Shown: piece after piece, positions 37,214 through 44,008 of the stretch
How the letters are laid out: each line of letters starts with the position of its first letter
How positions within the stretch are numbered: the stretch's first letter is position 1
Source: Octopus sinensis
Taxonomy: Eukaryota
Direction of reading: 5' to 3'
DNA: 44,008 bases
NCBI RefSeq assembly: GCF_006345805.1
Contig: NW_021834903.1
Coordinates: 1 to 44,008 of the forward strand
Translations under genes and position numbers: made by a program
The notes under the pieces: model-generated
Database searches by the model: none
The model's input: only the letters and a program-made list of their open reading frames with translations
Told to the model about the DNA's origin: nothing

Positions 37214-38404
37214 ATCAGCATAGAGGAGTTGCTAGGGTCTGTCTGTTTTATATTCATCTGTTATTATCTGAATGATTATGATACCAACAAAAGTCAAGTA
37301 CATAGGTTTATACTTGGTTAGGTACTTCTCCTGGGGTTTCTTACCAGAAATATATCATGACTGGTGTTTCTTCCTGATACAAACCCAAATTGCATCTCAT
37401 CTAGATTAAGTCTTTTCCTAATTAGTTGGGCTATGATCCTCTCCGTGATTTTCATCATCTGAAGAAATTAGTGCCAGTGCAAGCACTTTATTTTTAAAGC
37501 ACACATCAGGCATATGTTAACATATTAGCAATGAGAAAGCGCTCTAATCGATGTCTACCTATATACATACATATATGCAGGGTAGCCATGTACTTTCTCT
37601 ACAGCGACACACCTCTGCCTGTCTCTCTATCATACTACAGGTTAGGATGAAGCCACCTCTCTCACTACTAGCAGTCCACTCATCCTTGAAATTTACTTTT
37701 TAATTTTACTAGTGTCAGTGTTACCAAACTTTTCTCAGACATAGAAACCATGTGAAAACAAACATTAGATGTACGTGTAGTAATTCATCTCAGATAGTGT
37801 GAAATAGTCCACCCATGACAACATGAAAAACGAATGTTAAATGATGATGACACACATACACGTTAATTGTATTTCTTATATTAATTTCAATAATTAATTT
37901 GTTTCTATTTATAAATAAAAACAATTGATTTCGCATGAGAATGATTAGTTTGATGACTTGTGGAAGCAATGTACTGTGTAAATGTAAGGACAACTGTATT
38001 TATTAAACAAGTGTATTTCATGATTCGACACATAGACAAAACTTGACTTTCAAATGTTGGTTGATATTTTGCTTGTTGTTTGCATATCATGCCTTGTATT
38101 ATAGATCCCAAATGGCCAAAGGTAAGTGGTTTTTCTTATTTTGGTGTGGGTTTGCTGTTAGGATTGGTTTTCAGAGTTTAGTCTATATTAGGGTTAGCTT
38201 GAGGATTGTGAAGGGTTTTTAGAGAGAATAGTCAAGTAAGAGATCAAAGTTTGAACTAGGGGTTAGGATTTGGGGTGATGAGAGGAGAGATTGAACAGGT
38301 TTATTTATAGTGTTGATGACTGTTTTATATCGGGTTAGCATTGAAAAGCAGGGATGAGGGCTGGGTGCTTAGATAAGATGCGGATGTCAAGTTAACCCAA
38401 GTTA

Positions 38405-38795
38405 TCTCCATCGTGGTCTTTGGCATGTTGGTAGAGTATAGAAGACTGTTTTCTGTCGTCAAGTTGTCTTAGATGTTCATTTATCCGTTCCGCAATGCTC
38501 TGGACGTCTCCTCTATGTACATCATGTTCATGTCTTTACAAGCACCTTCTATGCATCTTATATTGTAAACTACATTTCGAGTTCTACAGTTAATACCAGG
38601 GCTAATTCTACATGCCATGCAGTTATCAATTGTGCATATGGTATTCTTAAACGGGCATGTCCTTCATAATTGTGACCTGACGGAGTTCCTTGGCTTTTCA
38701 ACAATTTTAATGTTGAGTTTGGTCTCTTTCAGAGCTTTTCTAAATCTACTGGCTAGTTCTCCATGGGCTGTGGCCACTACAAATATCACTCCTTG
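38405..38795 (-). pseudogene. GIY-YIG relic of a third Penelope-like family
   Basis: My minus-strand translation: VIFVVATAHGELASRFR...KIVEK...CPF...CTIDNCMAC...CRTRNVVYNIRC...YIEETS../SIAERINEH...SILYQH. Confidence 0.7.
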
Positions 38796-38904
38796 AATTT
38801 TTACTGGTGAGTGTGTATTTAATAGTAAGGCACTAAAAGAGAAAGACTCTCCCCAGACACAACATAATATACACTGTTTTCGCTAATTACTCTTTCACTC
38901 ACTT

Positions 38905-40445
38905 TTGCTACTTTCAGTTATTTGACTGTGGCCATGTTGGAGCACCGCCTTCATTCAAACAAATAGAGCCCAGGACCTATTCTCTTTTGCTGAACTGTTC
39001 AGTTACAGGTGCGTGAAAACAGCAGCATCGTTTGTCAAGCAATGTTCGATGGATGAAGAGGCATACAAACGTATATGTATGTATATATATATATTGTTAC
39101 GACGGGTGGGACCTCCGAAAACTGTACGGAATCCCTCAGACAGGCCCGACTCGATCAGCGAATGTTCTCGCCACGGAAACTCGTCGGAGAGGAGAGGAGA
39201 GACACAACAACAACAACCGCAGCAGCACAGAAAGATACAGAGGCACAGAGGCAAGGCAAAACGGCAACACTGGCTTATATTCAACAACTAGTTTATACGA
39301 CAATCAATGGTTACAACATCAAAGCATTTAAGGCAAACATTTAAGGAGGACATGCACGTGACTACTAAATACAACAGTCCGGTAACGACACAACAAGTCA
39401 TATATATCAGCAACAGATCAAAGCATTTAAACATGCATGTAACAATATAACAGCGTTCATAGACAAACAAGTTCAGATCACATAATGTTCACGATACGTC
39501 ACAGTCCATTCAGAACACTTCGATACATTATACAATGTTCGCATCACAACAATTCACGTTACAATTCAAAGTTCATTATCGTCTACATCAGAGTCCTTCT
39601 TTTTCTCTCTTCTTTCTCTTCTTTTCTTTTCACTGTCTCTACATTGTGACACGTATCGATACATAATCACATACCTTAATTCCTAACTGAATCGCCAGTG
39701 TCCCATCTTGCACTCCACCTCTCCCTCAATACTGGTACTCCAGCTTGCCAAACTCCTGCATCCCAACGCTTGCTCCCAAGATTCCACCTCCTCCTTGTCC
39801 TGACTTCCAAGATCCGACTGTCCTTCTACGACGACCGACTCCAACTGCCAAAACCTCACTTCGTCTCTCTCTTCCCCACTACCGCTTATACCCTCTCTAT
39901 TTGCCCTCTGCCCTTACTGCGCCTATCTCTCGCCTGCTGCCTATCACCCTCTCATGACAGCTCTACCATACTCTCTGCCTGTCCTTCTCTGCCCCCTCAT
40001 CCTCTCTCACTGCTAATTCTTCCTCACATCTGTCCCTTAGCCTTATACTCTATCTCTCTTACTACTTTTCTCTCTCTTCTTCAAGGGGTGTTTAGAACGA
40101 CCTCTAATCGACCGCACAAGGCCAGAAAGGTCCATCCAAAAGCCATCAGTCTCCCAGTAAACAAAGGACTGTCTATTTCCTTCTAGACGTGCCGGCGCCA
40201 CACTCAAAGTGGGTCACCAAGAACTGCACTTAGCCAAAATCCATAACAATATGTATATTATATATATATATATATATACACACGATGGGCTTCTTTTAGT
40301 TTCCGTCTACGAAATCTATTCACAAGGCTTTGGTCACCCCAAGGCTATAGTTGAAGACACTTGTCCAAGGTTCCACGCAGTCGGACTGAAGCCAGAACAC
40401 TGCGGTTCGTAAACAAGCTACTTATCACAAAGCCGCTCCTACGCC
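38905..40445 (-). mobile_element. tRNA-derived SINE split by a solo LTR (tail 38905-39050, head 40280-40445)
   Basis: Both halves match the other SINE copies and are in the correct relative order. Confidence 0.75.
39095..40248. mobile_element. Probable solo LTR (~1.15 kb)
   Basis: TGTTA...TAACA termini, ATAT on both flanks (4-bp TSD), sharp composition change, no credible coding motif. Confidence 0.7.
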
Positions 40446-40479
40446 TAGTAGTATATATATATATATATATATATATTTA

Positions 40480-40978
40480 TCTACTTATAAAACTGAAATG
40501 CGAAAAGTTTGTTTGTTTGTTTGTCTGGAACGGTTTAAAGGCCACTACATCCCGTCGGATTGACTCCAAAATTTACGGTTCGTGAGCAATCATTCTCACA
40601 GAAATGCGCGCACAAACAGACACAGAATGTCACGGTTTAAAGGTCAACATGTTTAAAATATAAACAGCTACGAGTTTGCGTATATGCACGTAACTATGTG
40701 CATGGGTGCGGACGTGTGTTTCCAGAATGTCTCAGTTTTAAGGTCAACATATTTAAAACATAAATAGGTACGAGATTGCGTCGTTGCATGTATCTATATT
40801 CGTGAGTGCGGACGTGTGGGTGTTTGTGCGTGTGTGAGCACAGTCCACATATACCCAAGGTGGTTGCATTGTCTTATGGGAACTGGCCTTGTGAAAGTTC
40901 CGGACCCCATTAATGAACTCATTTGCATACAAACAATGAGGGCTCAACTTGAACTTGTCCGGTTAACAAACAGTAGTG
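40480..40978 (+). mobile_element. Possible non-autonomous Helitron-like element
   Basis: Begins A|TCTACTTATAAAA followed by (GTTT)n, with an internal ~100-bp tandem pair at ~40623 and ~40723. The 3' end is uncertain. Confidence 0.45.
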
Positions 40979-40989
40979 TCTGAATGGGA

Positions 40990-41310
40990 ATTAGCTTGCT
41001 TACCTAACAAATATTTCCGAGTTCAGTCCCACTGGGTGGCATGTTGGGCAAATGTCTTCTACTATAGTCTCGGACCGACCAAAGCCTTGTGAGTGGATTT
41101 GGGAGACGGAAACTAAAAGAAGACTGTCGTATATATATATCTGTATGTAGCAGTAAGAGTGGCTGTGGTATGTAGCTTGCTTTCCAAACACGGTGATTCT
41201 TGTACAGTCCAACTACGTGGCCCCATGGGCAAGTGTCTTCGAATATAGCCTCGGACAGACCAACATTTCTGAGTAGATTTGGTACACGGAAACAGAAGTA
41301 GCCTGTGCTA
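40990..41310 (+). mobile_element. Two tandem SINE heads
   Basis: AGCTTGCTT...GTTCAGTCCCACT...TGGGCAA...CGGAAAC at ~40993-41130 and ~41157-41306. Confidence 0.75.
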
Positions 41311-41319
41311 TATAGATAG

Positions 41320-41437
41320 TGTGTGTGTATATATATATATGGATACATATATATATGGATAATACAATATATATGGATACATATATATATATGGATACAT
41401 ATATATATATGGATACATATATATATATATGGATACG
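41320..41437. repeat. (ATATATATGGATAC)-type minisatellite
   Basis: Direct reading. Confidence 0.9.
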
Positions 41438-41572
41438 TTTGTGTCTGCCTTCCAAATGCTGTTTTTACTGAGATCTCCCTTTTTAGTAGAAGAAATAGCT
41501 ATAACCCTTTGACTGCTATTTCTAAATTCGGTATGTGGTAAGGCAACTCGTTGCTAAACCCTTATTGCTTAG

Positions 41573-41647
<75 letters not shown>

Positions 41648-42024
41648 CATAGGCATATATTGACAGATATATGTATATACATATAGATATTTAAACATAT
41701 AAGGGATGGCCATAATGGGACATCCGACTCAATAGAGAGAGCAGTGAAACTCAAAAAAATCGTAAAAGTCTATCATGTCTGAATAATATATTCGTGAGTT
41801 ATTTCCACCTGCACATTATAATTTAATAAAAGTAATATAATTATATGTAAGGAAAGTAACTCTGGAAGATGTTATCTAGTTATCTCCCTTCCGAGAGTTA
41901 ATTTCCTTAAATATTATTTTATTATTGTTAAATTTTTATATTTAAGGGAAGTAACTGTTGAAGAAACTTTGTAGTTATCTCCCTTAAGTATGTAGTTGTC
42001 GTAACATAGACTTTGTCGCTCTTT

Positions 42025-42165
42025 GACTCTTTCAGTTATTTCACTGTGACCATGGTGGAGCATCGCCTTTAGTCAAGCAAATCAACCCCATGAATTATTC
42101 TTTGTATGCCTATTACTTAATGTATAGGTCTCTTTTGCAGAACCGATAAGTTACGGGGACGTAAT
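42025..42165 (-). mobile_element. SINE 3' half
   Basis: TTTCAGTTATTTCACTGTGACCATGGTGGAGCATCGCCTTTAGTC...AAGTTACGGGGACGTAA. Confidence 0.75.
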
Positions 42166-42170
42166 GTTCG

Positions 42171-42275
42171 ATATACTGATTTAGTAGGTATTTATTTATT
42201 GTAAGAACTTCAATTATCATAAATTATGGGCTAGGAAAGATACTGGAAACTTTTTTGATAGACCTATTGGGGCTC
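42171..42275. repeat. Isolated monomer of the ~120-bp repeat seen at 8668-9200
   Basis: TACTGATTTAGTAGGTATTTATTTATT...GAACTTCAATTAT...AAATTATGGGCTAGGAAAGATACT. Confidence 0.85.
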
Positions 42276-42279
42276 CTTG

Positions 42280-43185
42280 TGTGTGAGGGACTGTTTTTAT
42301 TTATGTGAATGTGGGTATTTTCATTTCAGTGTTTGTGTGTGTGAGAGAGTTTTTATTTCTGTGAGCGACTGAGTGTTTCTATTTGTTTGTGTGTGTGCGA
42401 CATTTACAACTACAACAAACACTTTGACCATTGCTAAGATACCCACATTTGAGATCACTAACTACTAAATCAAAATAAGTTCAATTTATTGCACCTTTAG
42501 TGACTTGAGATGTTGCTCATATTTTTCTCATGTGTCGACAATGTATTAATTTCACAAGTGGATAAAATAAATTCTCATACTGGCGTGGAGGGGGCTGATA
42601 TTCTAACTGCGAGTGGAAAGCACCCAATGCCCCTTTACATTCTGAATAAATTGTATGTTTGTGCTGGTTAGGGTTTTATGTGTGAGTGTGTAACTGCGTT
42701 TTTATTCTGTGTGTGGGTGGGTGCGTATTTGGGTGTGAGTGTTTGGATGTGTAACTGTATTTTTCATTTCTATTTGTGTGTGTTTGTGCATGTGTAGGTA
42801 TGTAACTGTTTTCGTTTCAGTGTTTGTGTGAATATGTAGCTGTGTATTTTCATTTCTTTGTGTTTGTGTGCGTGGGACTGTTTTTATTTGTGTGTGTGTT
42901 TGTGTACGTGGGACTGTTTTTATTTGTGTGTGTGTGAAAGTGTGTGTTGGCATTTTCATTTCAGTGTTTGTGTTTGTGTGAATGTTTTTATTTCTGTGTG
43001 TACGTGTGTGTGATCGACTGTGTTTTTATTCGTTTGTGTGTGTGCGACAATTACAGCTACAAGAAACACTTTAAGCATCTCTAAGATACCCACATTTGCA
43101 GATCCCTAAGTTCTAAATGAAACGAAGTTCAATTTCTTGCACCTTTAGCAACTTCAGATTTGCGAGTGTTAGGCACCCAATGCCC
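42280..43185. repeat. Old tandem duplication (~650-bp offset) with a TG-rich minisatellite
   Basis: GTGTGCGACA.TTACA.CTACAA.AAACACTTT...CTAAGATACCCACATTTG...AAGTTCAATTT.TTGCACCTTTAG at ~42393-42502 and ~43041-43148. GCACCCAATGCCC at ~42620 and ~43173. Confidence 0.8.
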
Positions 43186-43439
43186 ACCGTATCTACATAC
43201 CTGGATCGGCCATAATTGGCCTCATTCGAAGATCTCTCGGGTGTAGAATATTTATGACTATAGAAGTTAACTTGTTACAGGTTTTGTTTATGGCTCAACT
43301 TTTGTAGATTTTGGGAAGTTCATAGATGTTACTGGCTTTGCAGTGAAATCTAGTCAAGCAATTTGTCTCTTTTTTTGTTAAACCGTGTTGGAACTGGTGG
43401 ATAAGAGTAGACAGTTTGGTCATTATCTTCGATTGACTG

Positions 43440-43585
43440 TAGTTGTTGATGTTTTAACCGATACAGGTGTGTTTACTCCCTGTATTTTAGCGGTTTGGCA
43501 AAAGAGAATAAGTTAGAATAAATAATAGGCTTATAAAGAATAAGTGCTGCAGACGATGTGCTAGACTAAAGGCGGCGTTCCAGTA
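43440..43585 (+). mobile_element. Degenerate SINE 3' half
   Basis: AACCGATACAGGTGTGTTTAC...GGCTTATAAAGAATAAGT...GACTAAAGGCGG. Confidence 0.65.
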
Positions 43586-43944
43586 TATATATATAATATG
43601 TATATATTACACATACAGATATACGTGTATATACCCCACACGCATATATCCTATCTAAAACAAAAAGAACTTGATTATGTCCGAAGAGTAGTACTAGATA
43701 ACATTATACTTTATATATTTGGGTATAGTGAAATGTAAATGATCAGCTAGTCAATGTTTATTTGTTAAAGGTACCAGCAGATTACTTGTATGTGTCTCTG
43801 TTGGTGTGCGCATGGTAGTGTCTCCTTTCACAGGCGTAAAACGGACACACCTATTACAGAAATGCAACATGAAAGGTATTATATGACGTTTAGGAGATAT
43901 TTTCAGCTATCCCCCTAGTGAACAGGTTATAGACTTTTGTCGCT

Positions 43945-44008
43945 ATTTACTCTTTTACTCTCATTTACTTGTTTCAGTCATTTAACTGTGGCCATGCTGG
44001 AACAACAC
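43945..44008 (-). mobile_element. SINE tail running off the window
   Basis: (TTTACTC)n + TTTACTTGTTTCAGTCATTTAACTGTGGCCATGCTGG. Confidence 0.75.

Noticed and set aside
39003-40186. ORFs within the GC-richer segment as a host gene
   Set aside because: No domain motifs, low-complexity composition, and the segment is bounded by LTR-type termini.

Overview
Repeat-saturated, AT-rich eukaryotic DNA with no recognisable intact host protein-coding gene. A cephalopod (octopus-like) source is my inference from the SINE and LINE families. Most ORF-track entries are microsatellite artefacts. In order: (1) 1-6110, three co-oriented R4/Dong-type RLE retrotransposons (- strand) separated by (TAA)n tracts, one near full length but frameshifted and one internally inverted. 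(2) A CR1-like RT fragment, then a ~120-bp tandem repeat fused to an 87-bp satellite (9200-18503, about 57 monomers, with higher-order structure) interrupted by three CR1-like insertions. (3) An RTE 3' end, a fold-back palindrome and another CR1. (4) A near-complete Naiad-like Penelope element with a minimal hammerhead ribozyme. (5) Two paralogous ZNF143/Staf + YY1-like promoter blocks with candidate non-coding exons. (6) A Neptune-like Penelope with ~430-bp inverted pseudo-LTRs carrying a U3-A8 hammerhead variant. (7) Relics of RTE, Tc1, Gypsy and another GIY-YIG Penelope, a solo LTR, many tRNA-derived SINE pieces and Helitron-like ends. I do not see a clearly new enzymatic system. The best leads are the variant hammerheads, the satellite acting as a retrotransposon landing pad with reciprocal empty sites, and the duplicated promoter.
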